DNA of 63,312 nucleotides, taken from contig JAFSEN010000102.1 in the NCBI GenBank assembly GCA_017435745.1, positions 1 to 63,312 on the forward strand, given 5' to 3'. Under the pieces are notes generated by a model. It had not been told where the DNA came from. It saw nothing but the letters and a program-made list of their open reading frames with translations, and made no database searches. Positions 51,087-62,700 of this stretch are shown here, piece by piece. The DNA is from Oscillospiraceae bacterium (GTDB taxonomy: Bacteria > Bacillota > Clostridia > Oscillospirales > Ruminococcaceae). How positions within the stretch are numbered: the stretch's first letter is position 1; each line of letters opens with the position of its first letter. Both the position numbers and the translations under genes were made by a program.

Positions 51087-52673
51087 TTGTCCGCTGAAAG
51101 AAAAAGCATAAAAGATACCGGAATACGGCTTTTGAAAAAAGGACAAAAAGGCATGGTTCATGCGATTTTCAGCCGTTTTGGAATTATAATCCTTCTCTTT
51201 TTCCTCCAGGTAATTCTACTTCTTGCCGGTTTGATATGGTTCCAATCCCTTATGTCGGAACTTTTCTTCGGCGGGTTGGTTCTCGGACTTTTTGTTTCAA
51301 TATATATCCTTAACACCCGAAGCGATCCTTCCGCAAAACTTACGTGGATAATCCTCGTAATGGCTCTTCCGGTTTTCGGAACCTTGCTCTATCTTTATAC
51401 TGAATTTGAAGTCGGCCACCGTTCGCTGCGCGACAGGATAAGCGAACCTGTGGATTCCACAAAGGATAAAATTCCACAGGAGCAGGAAGTTCTTGAAGCT
51501 TTCCAAAACGAAGACAAAGGCGCCGCCGCAATCGGCCATTACCTTAGAAGAACAGGTTGCTTTTCTGTTTTTGACCGGACAGAAGTTTCGTATCTTCCGA
51601 TAGGGGAAGATACTTTTGACGAAATGCTTTCCCAGCTTGAAAAGGCGCGGCATTTTATTTTTCTTGAATATTTCATAATCGACGAAGGAATAATGTGGGG
51701 AAAAATTCTTGAGATCCTTGCAAAAAAGGTTGAGGAAGGCGTTGACGTCCGGGTGATTTATGACGGAACTAACGAATTTACCACCCTTCCGAGAAACTAT
51801 CCGGAACTTTTGAAAAACCTTGGAATAAAATGCAAGGTTTTTGCGCCCCTTTCGCCTTTTATTTCAACCCATTATAACTATCGCGACCACAGAAAAATAA
51901 TGGTAATCGACGGCAACACAGCCTTTACAGGCGGAATAAATTTTGCGGACAGATATATAAACCGCGAAACAGTACATGGACATTGGAAAGATACGGCGGT
52001 TATGCTTAAAGGAAAAGCAGTAAAAGCTTTTACCCTTATGTTTCTCCAGATGTGGAACATAGACGAAAAGGAACCGGAGTTTGAACCATATCTTTCCTTC
52101 CCCTCTCTTCCGCCGGAAGATTCAAAAGGTTTTGTAATTCCATACGGCGACTGTCCCCTTGATAAAGATAAAGTCGGCGAAATGGTATATATGGATATCC
52201 TAAACAGGGCAAAAAACTATGTCCACATAATGACGCCCTATCTTATTCTTGACGGCGAGATGGAAACCGCTATCCGTTTTGCAGCGGAAAGGGGAGTTGA
52301 GGTAAAAATCATTCTTCCGGGTGTTCCGGATAAGCTTGCGCCATATTCCCTTGCAAAAAGCCACTATTCCGCGCTTTTGGATTCCGGCGTTCAGATTTAC
52401 GAATACGGCCCCGGATTTATTCACGCAAAATCCTTCGTTGCGGACGATATCGAAGCGGTTGTTGGGACCATAAACCTTGATTACAGAAGCCTTTACCACC
52501 ATTTTGAATGTGCCGCATATTGTTATGATACGGCCTGTATTGCGGATATTGAAAAGGATTTTCAGGCAACGCTTGAAAAAAGCAGAAAAATCAGCAAAAA
52601 GACCATTTGGAAAAACTATCCTTTGCTAAGGCCCATTTCTTTCTTTGTAAAAATAATTGCGCCGTTGCTTTGA
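51087..52673 (+). CDS. cls: Cardiolipin synthase
   Basis: Two HKD motifs (HRKIMVIDG..., HAKSFVADD...) and N-terminal TM helices. TTG start after AAAGGAGGAG. Confidence 0.92.
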   Translation: MSAERKSIKDTGIRLLKKGQKGMVHAIFSRFGIIILLFFLQVILLLAGLIWFQSLMSELFFGGLVLGLFVSIYILNTRSDPSAKLTWIILVMALPVFGTLLYLYTEFEVGHRSLRDRISEPVDSTKDKIPQEQEVLEAFQNEDKGAAAIGHYLRRTGCFSVFDRTEVSYLPIGEDTFDEMLSQLEKARHFIFLEYFIIDEGIMWGKILEILAKKVEEGVDVRVIYDGTNEFTTLPRNYPELLKNLGIKCKVFAPLSPFISTHYNYRDHRKIMVIDGNTAFTGGINFADRYINRETVHGHWKDTAVMLKGKAVKAFTLMFLQMWNIDEKEPEFEPYLSFPSLPPEDSKGFVIPYGDCPLDKDKVGEMVYMDILNRAKNYVHIMTPYLILDGEMETAIRFAAERGVEVKIILPGVPDKLAPYSLAKSHYSALLDSGVQIYEYGPGFIHAKSFVADDIEAVVGTINLDYRSLYHHFECAAYCYDTACIADIEKDFQATLEKSRKISKKTIWKNYPLLRPISFFVKIIAPLL

Positions 52674-52688
52674 TTTTAAAAAAACAAA

Positions 52689-52721
52689 AACGGACAAAGC
52701 GTTTTCGCTTTGTCCGTTTTT
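52689..52721. terminator. Bidirectional terminator between cls and the convergent XRE gene
   Basis: AACGGACAAAGCG TTTT CGCTTTGTCCGTT with runs on both sides. Confidence 0.85.
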
Positions 52722-53486
52722 TTACCTTTTTTTATAAATTATAAGTTCCGGGTTTTCGCCGTTTTCATCATAGGTGCAGACAAGAATAAAATCCATGTTT
52801 GCGGCAATTCCGAAGCATTTGTTTCCGCCGAATTCGCTTTCAATCTGCGTTCCGAGATATGTTGCGCTGTCGTTAAGGAATTTTGCGGTTTTTCCGCTTG
52901 GAAGGCGGTATTCAAGATTTATAAAATTGCCCACAAGGGCGTTTAGGCTTTCGATTTTCGGCATTCCTTCGATGTTAAGACCGTTTATCTCGTCAATGAG
53001 CTTTTGCTTGAATTCATCGAATTTTTCTTTTCCGCCGACGTTTAAATACTGTTTCCAGTAATTGAGGCTCGGGAGCATTTTTTTCATATAATCGCGAACC
53101 TGTTCTTCGGAAAAGTTTTCGCATGCCATATTTTTTACGCAAACTTCGATAAGTTCGTCCATATCGTGATACATATATTCCCCGTCCGCATAGCACCATT
53201 TGCAATATTCCTCGTTTAAAAATCCGTCCGGTTCCCGGCTTATGCTGGAATCATCAAGGGGCATTCCGCAGCATTGGCAGATAAGCTTTCTCGGCGAACC
53301 GAGAAGGGTGTTTATTGAAACATCGAACAGGTTCGAAAGAAGTTTAAGGGTTTCTGTGTTGGGAACTGTTTCGCCGTTTTCCCAGCGGGAAACCGCCTGG
53401 CGCGTTACAAAAACTTTTTCCGCAAGTTCTTCCTGGGAAAAACCGGATTTGTTCCTAAGTTCAAAAATAACGTCTTTTGTTTCCAT
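52722..53486 (-). CDS. XRE-HTH regulator fused to a Cys-rich zinc-ribbon domain and a C-terminal domain of unknown function
   Basis: FSQEELAEKVFVTRQAVSRWENGETVP, then CQCCGMPL...YCKWCY. Confidence 0.82.
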   Translation of the reverse strand: METKDVIFELRNKSGFSQEELAEKVFVTRQAVSRWENGETVPNTETLKLLSNLFDVSINTLLGSPRKLICQCCGMPLDDSSISREPDGFLNEEYCKWCYADGEYMYHDMDELIEVCVKNMACENFSEEQVRDYMKKMLPSLNYWKQYLNVGGKEKFDEFKQKLIDEINGLNIEGMPKIESLNALVGNFINLEYRLPSGKTAKFLNDSATYLGTQIESEFGGNKCFGIAANMDFILVCTYDENGENPELIIYKKR

Positions 53487-53556
53487 ATCTTCACCTCCGG
53501 AAAATATTATACACCGGATTTATTTCTGTGAAAAGCAACTTGCTGTTGCGGCGTTT

Positions 53557-53883
53557 TTAAAAAACAAGTTGGATTATAATCATATAGCAAAAAGTTCCGC
53601 CGACCATTGAAAGAAGAATCTTTCTTTTCCAAAGATGGAGCGCGGTTACGATAAAAAGAGCTATTGCTTCGGGAATTCCGCGGCTTCCGGCGGTTACATC
53701 AACGTTTTTAAGGCAATAAACGACCAAAAGCGCGAAAATCGCCGCCGGAAGGGCTTTTCCGAGATATTCAACAAATTTCGGCGTTTCTTTCTTTCCGGAA
53801 AAAAGAACAAAAGGCAAAAATCTTGTAATAAGTGTTGCGGCAACGCACATAATTATGGTAATGATTTCTTCGTAAAAAGTCAT
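53557..53883 (-). CDS. azlD: AzlD-family branched-chain amino acid transport protein
   Basis: 108-aa, 3-4 TM protein overlapping the azlC stop by 4 nt. Confidence 0.82.
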   Translation of the reverse strand: MTFYEEIITIIMCVAATLITRFLPFVLFSGKKETPKFVEYLGKALPAAIFALLVVYCLKNVDVTAGSRGIPEAIALFIVTALHLWKRKILLSMVGGTFCYMIIIQLVF

Positions 53884-54590
53884 TTCAGTCCACCTGCCTT
53901 TTCAATGGGTTTTCTGAAAACCGCAAGAAGGATAAAAATGCAAACCATCGACGGAATAATAAAAGAATCCGGACCGAACAGAAAAAGGCAGATAACGGAA
54001 GAAAAAATCCCGATAAGGGCGGTGTGGTGTTTTTTCTCCTTAAGCCACTGTTCAATGAATATAACGGTGAACATTGCGGTCATAATAAAATCAAGGCCTT
54101 CGGTGTTGAACGAAATGAAAGAACCGAGAATTCCGCCAAGAGTTGCCCCGGTTACCCAATAAAGCTGGTCAAGAAGCGAAACCGCGAAATAAAATTTTCC
54201 TTTGTCGGTTCCTTCCGGAACGGAAACCGAACAGTTTACCGAAAAAGTTTCGTCCGTAAGCGCAAAAATAAGATATGGTTTTTTAATACCGGTGCCTTTG
54301 TATTTTTCAAGCATTGCAAGCCCGTAAAAAAGGTGGCGCGCCTGGATCACAAGCGCCATCAAAAAGGTTTGGAGCGGGGCAAAGGTGCTTAAAAGCAGCG
54401 AAACCGCAAGAAATTCAAGGCTTCCGCCAAAAATCGTTATCGACATAAGCATCGGATAAACAAAGCTGAAACCGGAAACTTTAATATATATTCCGTATGA
54501 AATTCCGAGGAACAGATATCCGGTCATTACCGGAACGGTATATGGAAAAGCTTTGCGGAAAACGCAGAGCATGCTGTCTTTATCCTTCAA
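53880..54590 (-). CDS. azlC: AzlC-family branched-chain amino acid permease subunit
   Basis: 236-aa multi-TM protein ([23 protein letters not shown]). TTG start 7 nt after GGAAGGAGG. Confidence 0.85.
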   Translation of the reverse strand: MKDKDSMLCVFRKAFPYTVPVMTGYLFLGISYGIYIKVSGFSFVYPMLMSITIFGGSLEFLAVSLLLSTFAPLQTFLMALVIQARHLFYGLAMLEKYKGTGIKKPYLIFALTDETFSVNCSVSVPEGTDKGKFYFAVSLLDQLYWVTGATLGGILGSFISFNTEGLDFIMTAMFTVIFIEQWLKEKKHHTALIGIFSSVICLFLFGPDSFIIPSMVCIFILLAVFRKPIEKAGGLK

Positions 54591-54779
54591 AAAAACGCCT
54601 CCTTCCGGAAGTTATGGAATAATTATACAAGCAACGGAAGCGCTGTTCAACAAAATGTTCACAGAAAAAATAAAAAATTTAAAAAAAGCCGGGTAGACAA
54701 ACCGCCCAAAAAAGAATATAATATTTTTATAAAAAATTTGGTAAAAAATTCCTTTATTTTAATTCGGAGCGTGATTCAA

Positions 54780-55565
54780 GTGAAACTTATTATAAAAAAC
54801 AATTATGATGAAATGAGCGATTGGGCCGCAAAACATATTGCCGCGGCAATCAACAACCATAAGGAAGAAAGACCCTTTGTTCTTGGGCTTCCAACAGGTT
54901 CTTCCCCCCTCGGGGTTTATAAAAGACTTATTGAAATGAACAAAGCCGGGGAAGTAAGTTTTAAAAACGTGGTTACTTTCAACATGGATGAATACGTCGG
55001 TCTTCCGAAGGAACACGACCAGAGCTATTGGTATTTCATGCATGAAAATTTCTTTGACTATATAGATATTCCGGCGGAAAACATAAATATTCTTGACGGA
55101 ATGACCGATGACCCGGAAGAAGAATGCAGAAAATATGAAGAAAAAATTGCTTCTTTCGGCGGAATCGATCTTTTCCTCGGCGGATGCGGCGTTGACGGAC
55201 ATATTGCCTTCAACGAACCTTTCACCTCCCTTGTTTCAAGAACCGGAGTCCGCGGCCTTACCGAGGACACAAGAATCGTTAATTCCCGCTTTTTCGGAAA
55301 CGACATGAACAAAGTTCCGAAAAAAGCTCTTTCCGTAGGTGTGGGCACCGTATGCGACGCAAAGCAGGTGCTTATCCTTATAAACGGCCACAACAAGGCA
55401 AGAGCGCTCCGCCATTGTGTTGAAGGCGGCATTGACCATGCCTGGACAATAAGCGCGCTCCAGCTCCACCCGGACGGCATAATTGCCTGCGACGAAGCGG
55501 CCTGCGGTGAACTTAAAGTCGATACCTACAAATATTTCAAAGAAATTTATAAAGACGAAAAATAA
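54780..55565 (+). CDS. nagB: Glucosamine-6-phosphate deaminase
   Basis: [16 protein letters not shown]..., [35 protein letters not shown] start at 54780; the ORF is open from 54738. Confidence 0.92.
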   Translation: MKLIIKNNYDEMSDWAAKHIAAAINNHKEERPFVLGLPTGSSPLGVYKRLIEMNKAGEVSFKNVVTFNMDEYVGLPKEHDQSYWYFMHENFFDYIDIPAENINILDGMTDDPEEECRKYEEKIASFGGIDLFLGGCGVDGHIAFNEPFTSLVSRTGVRGLTEDTRIVNSRFFGNDMNKVPKKALSVGVGTVCDAKQVLILINGHNKARALRHCVEGGIDHAWTISALQLHPDGIIACDEAACGELKVDTYKYFKEIYKDEK

Positions 55566-55571
55566 ACAAAG

Positions 55572-55607
55572 CAAAAGCTCCCGCATTTTATGCGGGAGCT
55601 TTTTTGT
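55572..55607 (+). terminator. Intrinsic terminator after nagB
   Basis: AAGCTCCCGCAT TTT ATGCGGGAGCTT followed by TTTT. Confidence 0.88.
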
Positions 55608-55662
55608 TGTACTTTTTAAGTATTTGCGGTATAATTTATCCATCGCTGAAAGAGGTGAGAAA

Positions 55663-56841
55663 ATGGAATTTAAATATATTTCAGAAGATATTCGTGAAAA
55701 GATTATTGAAACCGTCCATAAAATCCATCGCAACCCGGAACTCAGCCACAGGGAATTTATGACAACAAAGCTTATCGCCGAAGCTCTTGAAAAATTGGGC
55801 ATAGAACTTCCCGAAACCCAGCCGGAAACCGGTGTTTTGGGTCTGCTCCGGGGAAAAAATCCCGGACCGATAATTGCGATGCGGGCGGATATAGATGCGC
55901 TTCCGATTGACGAAACCGCAGAACACGAAATTCGTTCGGAAAACCCGAACGTAATGCATGCCTGCGGACATGATTTCCATACAGCTTCGCTTCTTGGCGC
56001 GGCAATGGCTCTTGCGGAAAACCGCGAAAACCTTCCGGGAAATGTGCTGTTTGTTTTCCAGCCCGCCGAAGAAAAAGGAAGCGGCGCAGATGCGGTGATT
56101 TCAACCGGGATTTTTGATAAATATACGCCGGAAGCTTTCTTTTCTCTTCACGTAAAACCGGATATTCCCGAAGGAAAAATCGGAATCAGAAAAGGTTCTA
56201 TCATGGCGGCAATGTGCACCTTCAGAATCCGGGTTGTGGGAAAAGGCGGCCACGGAGCAACCCCCCATCTGGCGACAGATCCGATAATTGCCGCCGTTCA
56301 TGTGGTCGATGCGCTCCAGTGCATCCGTGCGCGCTGGACGGACCCGGCGCAGCCTTTTACCCTTTCGATCTGTTCAATACATGGCGGAAGCGCCTGCAAT
56401 ATTATTCCGGATGACGTTTGTCTTGAGGGAACATTCCGCTGCACGCTGGATTCTTACAAGGAAACCGTAAAAGAACAGATTATAAGCGTATGCGAATCTG
56501 TTGCAAAAGCCCATGGCTGCACCGCGGAATGCAGCTTTATAAAAGAATCCATTCCGCTGATAAACGATGAAAAACTTGCGGAAATTGCCCGCGAAGCCGC
56601 CGCAGGTTTGTTCGGGGAAGAAAATATTCTTGTTCAGGATTTCTGGATGGCTTCGGAAGATTTCAGCTTTTACAAAAATATCGCGCCGATTTTTATGTAC
56701 CATGTTGGCGTCGGAAAAGCCGACGGTTCTTCCGCAAGCCTTCATAATCCTTGCTTCTTTGCGCCGGATAAAACCGCGCCCTTCTGCGCCGAACTTCTTG
56801 CGGGAACGGCAATTACGGCGCTTAAAAAAGGTGTTCGCTGA
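55663..56841 (+). CDS. M20-family amidohydrolase (N-acyl-L-amino-acid amidohydrolase / hippurate hydrolase-like)
   Basis: HRNPELSHRE, MRADIDALPI, HACGHDFH, FQPAEE, GGHGATPH. Confidence 0.9.
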   Translation: MEFKYISEDIREKIIETVHKIHRNPELSHREFMTTKLIAEALEKLGIELPETQPETGVLGLLRGKNPGPIIAMRADIDALPIDETAEHEIRSENPNVMHACGHDFHTASLLGAAMALAENRENLPGNVLFVFQPAEEKGSGADAVISTGIFDKYTPEAFFSLHVKPDIPEGKIGIRKGSIMAAMCTFRIRVVGKGGHGATPHLATDPIIAAVHVVDALQCIRARWTDPAQPFTLSICSIHGGSACNIIPDDVCLEGTFRCTLDSYKETVKEQIISVCESVAKAHGCTAECSFIKESIPLINDEKLAEIAREAAAGLFGEENILVQDFWMASEDFSFYKNIAPIFMYHVGVGKADGSSASLHNPCFFAPDKTAPFCAELLAGTAITALKKGVR

Positions 56842-56865
56842 TTAACTGCAAAATCAATATTAACA

Positions 56866-56896
56866 AAAGCCCTTGATTTTCAAGGGCTTTTTTTTA
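56866..56896 (+). terminator. Intrinsic terminator
   Basis: AAAGCCCTTGA TTT TCAAGGGCTTT followed by TTTTT. Confidence 0.88.
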
Positions 56897-56969
56897 CGTA
56901 GATATGGAAAATGGTTTTTCTGATATTATTCGATTTCGGAATATGGATTTGTTTTAAAAAACAGAAGTA

Positions 56970-57024
56970 TTGACATCCATTACACAGCTGTGTATAATGA
57001 AAACAGAAATACTACACAGCTGTA
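56970..57024 (+). promoter_or_regulatory. blaI-like promoter (TTGACA-17-TATAAT) with two TACA...TGTA-type operator copies
   Basis: -35 at 56970-75 and -10 at 56993-98. TACACAGCTGTGTA at 56981-94 spans the spacer and -10. A second copy, TACACAGCTGTA, lies at 57013-24. Confidence 0.7.
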
Positions 57025-57051
57025 TAATATCATTGGCAGGAGGAAAATATT

Positions 57052-57435
57052 ATGGCAAAAAGCACAAGGCTGGGCGACGGTGAACTGGAAGTTATGCAGG
57101 CAATTTGGGAAGCGAAGGAACCGGTTTCCGCCGGAAGCATTCTTGATAAAGTTAAAGAAAAACGCACCTGGGGGCTTTCAACCCTTATGACAGTCCTCGG
57201 AAGGCTTATTGAAAAAGGCTATCTTTCCGTTGATAAAACCGGGGGCACAAATATTTATACTCCCGTTGTTTCGGAAAAAGATTATAAAAACAAAGAGGGA
57301 CGCTCCTTCCTTGAAAAAGTTTACGGAAACTCCCTTTCCGCTTTTGTTGCTTCTCTTTATGACGGCGGAAATATCAAAAAGGAGGAATTGGAGGAACTTC
57401 GGCGCTTTATTGAAAGCGCAAAAAAGGAGGAATAA
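57052..57435 (+). CDS. BlaI/MecI/CopY-family transcriptional repressor
   Basis: 127 aa. LGDGELEVMQAIWEAKEPVSAGSI...WGLSTLMTVLGRLIEKGYL. Confidence 0.9.
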   Translation: MAKSTRLGDGELEVMQAIWEAKEPVSAGSILDKVKEKRTWGLSTLMTVLGRLIEKGYLSVDKTGGTNIYTPVVSEKDYKNKEGRSFLEKVYGNSLSAFVASLYDGGNIKKEELEELRRFIESAKKEE

Positions 57436-57438
57436 ACA

Positions 57439-59631
57439 GTGAAAGAAATTTTTCTTGATTTTCTCGAAGTTTCCGCCTCAATGGCGGCAGTAATCGCCGT
57501 TATATTTCTTTTTTCTTCCGTAATAGACAAAAAATTCAGCGCAAAATGGAAATATTGGATCTGGCTTTTCGTTGCAGTAAGGCTTCTTGTTCCCTTCAGC
57601 CCGGATTTTGAAATTGCCGAAAAAGAAATGGAACTTTCCGTTCCGGATAAGGTCATTTATTATAACGCGGAGCTTGTTCCCGGCGAACCTGTTCCGGGCG
57701 AACCTTCGGTTTTGGAAACTCCTTCCGGAACGATTTCTGTCATGACCTCGCCTAACCCGATGGAAACAAAAGAAACCCGCCGCACCGTGCTCGACGTGCT
57801 CGGAATAATCTGGGCGGCGGGAAGCGGGATTTTTATAATATGGTATATCGGCGGATATTTCTATTTTAAAAGCAGACAGCTGAAAAATTCATACCCGGCA
57901 AGCGGCAAAGCAAAAAAAGCCGTGCTCAAAATTAAAAACGAACTTGGGATAAAGAAAGATTTTGATGCTCTTGTTTCAGAAAACGTATCGAGCCCAATGG
58001 TTATGGGTTTCATAAACCCAAAAGTAATTCTTCCTGCGGAAGTTTTTGAGCAGGATGAACTTTCGTTCATTCTTCGGCACGAACTTACCCATTACAAACG
58101 CCGCGATACGCTTTATAAAGCGCTTTTGCTCTTCGTAAACGCTCTCCATTGGTTCAATCCAATGGTCTGGGCAATGCGGAATCTTGCGGGAACAGATCTT
58201 GAACTTTCCTGCGATTCTTCCGTAATCGGCGAAGAAAATATGGATATGCGCGTTAAATACAGCGAAACTATTCTTGCCTGTGTCCATAAGGAAAGGACAG
58301 CCTGCACGGTGTTTTCAACCCATTTTTACGGCGGCGCAAAAACCCTTAAAAAGCGCTTTGCAAATATTTTGAGCACCGAAAAACGCAAAAACGGAATTGT
58401 CGCTTTTATCTGCGTGCTCGTGCTAGCCGCTCTTGTGGGCGGTCTTGTTGCCTGCAGCGCGGTTTACAGCGAACCTTCCGAAACCGAGATAAAGGAACTT
58501 CTTCAAAAGGCGGATTCGGTTTATCAGCGGAACGATTACAGCCTTTTTAAAACCCGGAACAACACGGTTGTTTTCAGCGAAGGAAACGCCTATATCGCTG
58601 TTGATGATTACGATTCCGTTGTACGGGAAATTTTTACCGAAAAAGCCATCGAAAAACTTGAGGCAACGGGAACAAAAGAGGGGATTCCCCTTTATCTCAG
58701 CCTTGACGGAAAAGTTTATAAGCTCCGGGGCGAAAACCCGAACTTTAAAACCGCGCAAACTCATTACGGAATTTTCCATTGGATAAAGCTTGTTTCAATC
58801 GAAGGAAACCGCTTTACCTATGACATCTGCCATTCCGGAACGGAACTTGTTGTGGCAAGAAGCAGAATTGTTGTTGTAAACAAAAGCGGAAAATTCCTTC
58901 TCGATGAATTCGACAGCCATATGGACTATATAATCACGGAGGAACTTTTTGAAATTGGCGAGGAAATGAGAGAAGAAACCCCCGAAATGGAAAATATGAT
59001 TGCCGAAAACAAAAAGGTTTCTGCTTTTCTCAAAAACTATCCCGATCCGCTTATAAAAATACCTAACCTTTCAACCGCCTCTCCGAAGCGGATTTCGGCG
59101 GAAGAGGCAAAGAATCACGAGGAGCGCGAGATCCTCGAATTCCTCTATACATATTACAGCGCCTTTGCAACCCTTGAGGAACCGGATTTTTCCGGCTTCC
59201 TCAACGGTGGCGGGGATTTTACCGTTGCGGCGCAGATCCTGCGCTGCAGCGCTGCAAAACAGCGGCTTAACAAAACGTTCTGGAAAAATTTCGAACTTGA
59301 TTTGGAGGTGTTTTCCAGAAGAGGAAAAGCCGGTTTCGGAATAGTGAGCTATGAAATAAAATGCGGCTATTCTGCAATCGATAATTACGGAGACAAAATT
59401 TCCGGAACGGATTATTGGGATATCGAACTTGCCGCGAAGCCTTCGTCGAACATTGCCTATATGAAAATTTTTTCGCCCAGCAGCAAATATCAAAGCGAAA
59501 GCGGATATATGGAAACCCTCAGCGAATTTATCAAAATTGCAAATTGCTATCCGGAATATAAATGGGATTACCGCGAGATTGCAAACTATATGATTGCTGA
59601 ATATTATCTTGGAATCCGCCCGGTGAAATAA
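57439..59631 (+). CDS. BlaR1-like M56 peptidase signal transducer with a non-PBP extracellular C-terminal domain
   Basis: HELTHYKRRD zinc-protease motif within the TM region, a late TM IVAFICVLVLAALVGGLVAC, then ~400 aa with no SxxK/KTG penicillin-binding motifs noticed. GTG start. Confidence 0.82.
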   Translation: MKEIFLDFLEVSASMAAVIAVIFLFSSVIDKKFSAKWKYWIWLFVAVRLLVPFSPDFEIAEKEMELSVPDKVIYYNAELVPGEPVPGEPSVLETPSGTISVMTSPNPMETKETRRTVLDVLGIIWAAGSGIFIIWYIGGYFYFKSRQLKNSYPASGKAKKAVLKIKNELGIKKDFDALVSENVSSPMVMGFINPKVILPAEVFEQDELSFILRHELTHYKRRDTLYKALLLFVNALHWFNPMVWAMRNLAGTDLELSCDSSVIGEENMDMRVKYSETILACVHKERTACTVFSTHFYGGAKTLKKRFANILSTEKRKNGIVAFICVLVLAALVGGLVACSAVYSEPSETEIKELLQKADSVYQRNDYSLFKTRNNTVVFSEGNAYIAVDDYDSVVREIFTEKAIEKLEATGTKEGIPLYLSLDGKVYKLRGENPNFKTAQTHYGIFHWIKLVSIEGNRFTYDICHSGTELVVARSRIVVVNKSGKFLLDEFDSHMDYIITEELFEIGEEMREETPEMENMIAENKKVSAFLKNYPDPLIKIPNLSTASPKRISAEEAKNHEEREILEFLYTYYSAFATLEEPDFSGFLNGGGDFTVAAQILRCSAAKQRLNKTFWKNFELDLEVFSRRGKAGFGIVSYEIKCGYSAIDNYGDKISGTDYWDIELAAKPSSNIAYMKIFSPSSKYQSESGYMETLSEFIKIANCYPEYKWDYREIANYMIAEYYLGIRPVK

Positions 59632-59728
59632 TTTTTAAAAATATGCAACGGTTTTACAATAAAAATACACTTATTAATTAAAGTCCTTCGTTTTTTCTGA
59701 AATTTATTACAGAAAAGAGGTTTGAAAT

Positions 59729-62700
59729 ATGTTAAAAATCGCTTTCCGCGGACTTTTGGGAAAGAAAAAAGACACCCTTCTTCTTTGGAGCGTTGTTGCC
59801 CTTGCTTTCGTTTTTCTTGTTCTTTCAACAACGCTTATCGTTTCGCTGAACGAAACAGATTCCCGCCAAAGAATTTCCTCTTACGGAAGCTGGCAGATTA
59901 TGGCCGCAAATATTCCGGATTCGGAAGCGGAAAATTTTAAATCCCTTGGGGAAAAATCCGCCGTTCTTCCGATGATAAAAGTAAAAGGCGCAGATTATTT
60001 TGCCGGCGACAACGAATATTATTTCAGCGTTATAAGCGATGACCTTGCAAAGCTCGGAAGCTTTGAACTTAAAGAAGGGCGCTGGCCGGAAAACGGCGAT
60101 GAAATCGTTCTCGAATACGCAAGGCTGACTGCTCTCGGCCTTGAAATAGGCGATACGTTTACAGTTGCCTCAACGATCTATCTTCCTTTCGATGAGGAAA
60201 TAATCGCAGAACAAAAAGCAAAAAGGGACGAATATATCGAACTTGCAAAAAATGCGAGAATTGAACGGAATCTTGAAATTTTCAGAACCGGAACATGGGA
60301 ACTTTATACCGGAATTGAATATACCCGCTGGGATGCGCCGCTGGATTTAAGGTTCTTTGCGGAATATGTTCTTGGCGAGGGAAAAGATTATATCTGGGCA
60401 TTCAGGGATGACGAAAACCCGGAAGGAAGATATATTCCCCTTGAGGAAATGACCGAGGAAGAATTTCTTAAAGTTATTACATATTATTTCGATGCCTTCG
60501 GAAATTACGGGCTTGATATAATTCCGTTTATGACCGAGGAAGAAAAGAAAACCTGGTCCTCTTATATAAACGACCTTATGGGTTATAAAGATATGAACAT
60601 AAGGGTTTCCCAGGAAAAAAGCCTCTATTCGGATTATGACCCATATATCGAAATGGCTAACACCACCGACCTTACCGTTATAATCCCGAAAAAATATACG
60701 GTTTGCGGTGTTATGGAAACATATTCCGACCGCTGGGACAGCGGAAAGCTTGATCTTCCCTGCGGATTTGTTCTTCCGGAAAGCTACAATGATTTTGTAA
60801 ACGCTCAGAAAACCGTTATTGAAAAATATCCGGATTTCGGCTTTGTGGAATACGGAAACATGGCGCTGCTTGCTTCGGAAGATAAGGAAGCGCTTTATGA
60901 AAACGTAAATAACTATCTGGACGAAACCGGGCCGCTTTTTCATGTAAACAACAGCGTTGTTTTTTATTGGAACGAACAAAACGGCGAAACCTTTGATTCA
61001 AGGTTCCTTCTCGGTTTTTGCCTTCTTGATGAATTCGAAGATAAACTTATTCCGTTGGATTCGGTTTTTGTTCCGGCAAATATTGAAAACCCGGAGGAAT
61101 ATGCAAAAGAAACCCTTTCGCGCCAGCATGCGGAACAATTTTACATCCCGACGGAAAGTTTTTCTTTTGAAAACAGCGGAAAACGGATTTCTGTTCCGTA
61201 TTATGGCAGCGGTCTTTATGAAGATTATATGATGGTTACCCTTCCGGAACTTTCCGGAGGAACGGTTGTTGTTGAATATGAGGGCGAAAGTTATAAAATT
61301 CCTTTCGAGGATTTTATCGAAAACAATTTTTCCGTCGCCGGAATGAAAGTTACAAGTTCGAACCATATTTTTGCCTCCGGTGAAAAAGAGCAATATGATT
61401 ACGATGAATTAAGAAGCAACCGTTTTGCCTATCCTTCCTCTTCCGAAGGAAGCGGAAAAGTTCTTGTTCTCGTAACTCTTATTCTTTTTGTAACAACGGT
61501 CTGTTCCGTTTTCCAGATTTTCTTCACCCAGGTGCGCAAAAGAATGCGCCGCATTATTCTTATGAAATCAATCGGCGCGGAAAACGGACAGATTGCAAAA
61601 ATGTATTTTTGGGAATTTTTCATTTTCTGGCTTTCCGCTTTGCCGATAGGAATAATTTTCGGCCTTGGGGGCGCGCTTGTTTCAACCTCTGTTCTTGAAA
61701 AATTCCAGAACCGGGAAATTGTCTTTTCCGTCGATCCGGCGGTTTTTGCTCTTTCCCTTGCCGCCGGAACCCTTGCGCTTATTCTCGGAATGCTTATTCC
61801 GGTAATTATGGCGGTGGGGGTTCCTCTTACCGGAAGAACCGCGCATAAAAAGCCCCTTGCCCCGCCGAAAAGGGAAATCCGCCAAAGTTTTATCAACGTA
61901 ACAATAAGGGGACTTTCTGCAAACCGGAGCAAAACTTTAGGCAATGCGGCCCTTTGCGTTTTTATGGCGCTTATTATGACCCTTTGCATTTTCATCGGTT
62001 TCCGTTTTATGACACCCTACCGCGAGGCTGTTCAAAGGGACGGAAAACCGGAATATCTTCTCAAAAGTTCTTTTGCAATGTCAAACCGCCAGCTTGAAGA
62101 ATATATGGCGCAGATAGATGAGCTTGGAATCTGCGATTCCGTTTCCGTTTTCCGCCATTGTGGCGAAGCGATAATTCCGCTGAACACTGCTCCGGAAAGC
62201 ATTTTGCTCCAAACGGCGTTCCCGGAAAACGCTCTTTCGCTTTTCGTAAATTCCGGCGTTATGGGTTATCCCGTTTCTCTCTATTCGCTTAATTCGGAAA
62301 ACGAGCTTTTTGCAAAACTGCAAAGCGCCGTTACCGAAGGAAAGCTTGACGCAGAAAAATTCGATTCCGGCGAAGAGGTTTTGCTTCTTGTTCCGCTTTA
62401 TGAAGAAACAAAACCGCAGGAAGGTTCCGAAGGACTTTACGGTTGGGAAAATCTTCCGGAACTCGGAATTAAAACAAGCTATTATCCGGAATACAGAAAT
62501 ATCTATAAAAAAGATCCCGCAATAAGAGTCGGCGACAAACTTTCTGTCGGCGCGGAAACCCGTTCTCCGAAGGAAACATATTATTCATACGAATATATGC
62601 AGCACGATTATAAAATCGGCGCGGTTATCTATTATTTCCCGGAGGAGGGAATCTGGCCGCTTGGCATAAACGGCGAGGGATATCAGATGGTCTGTTCGGA

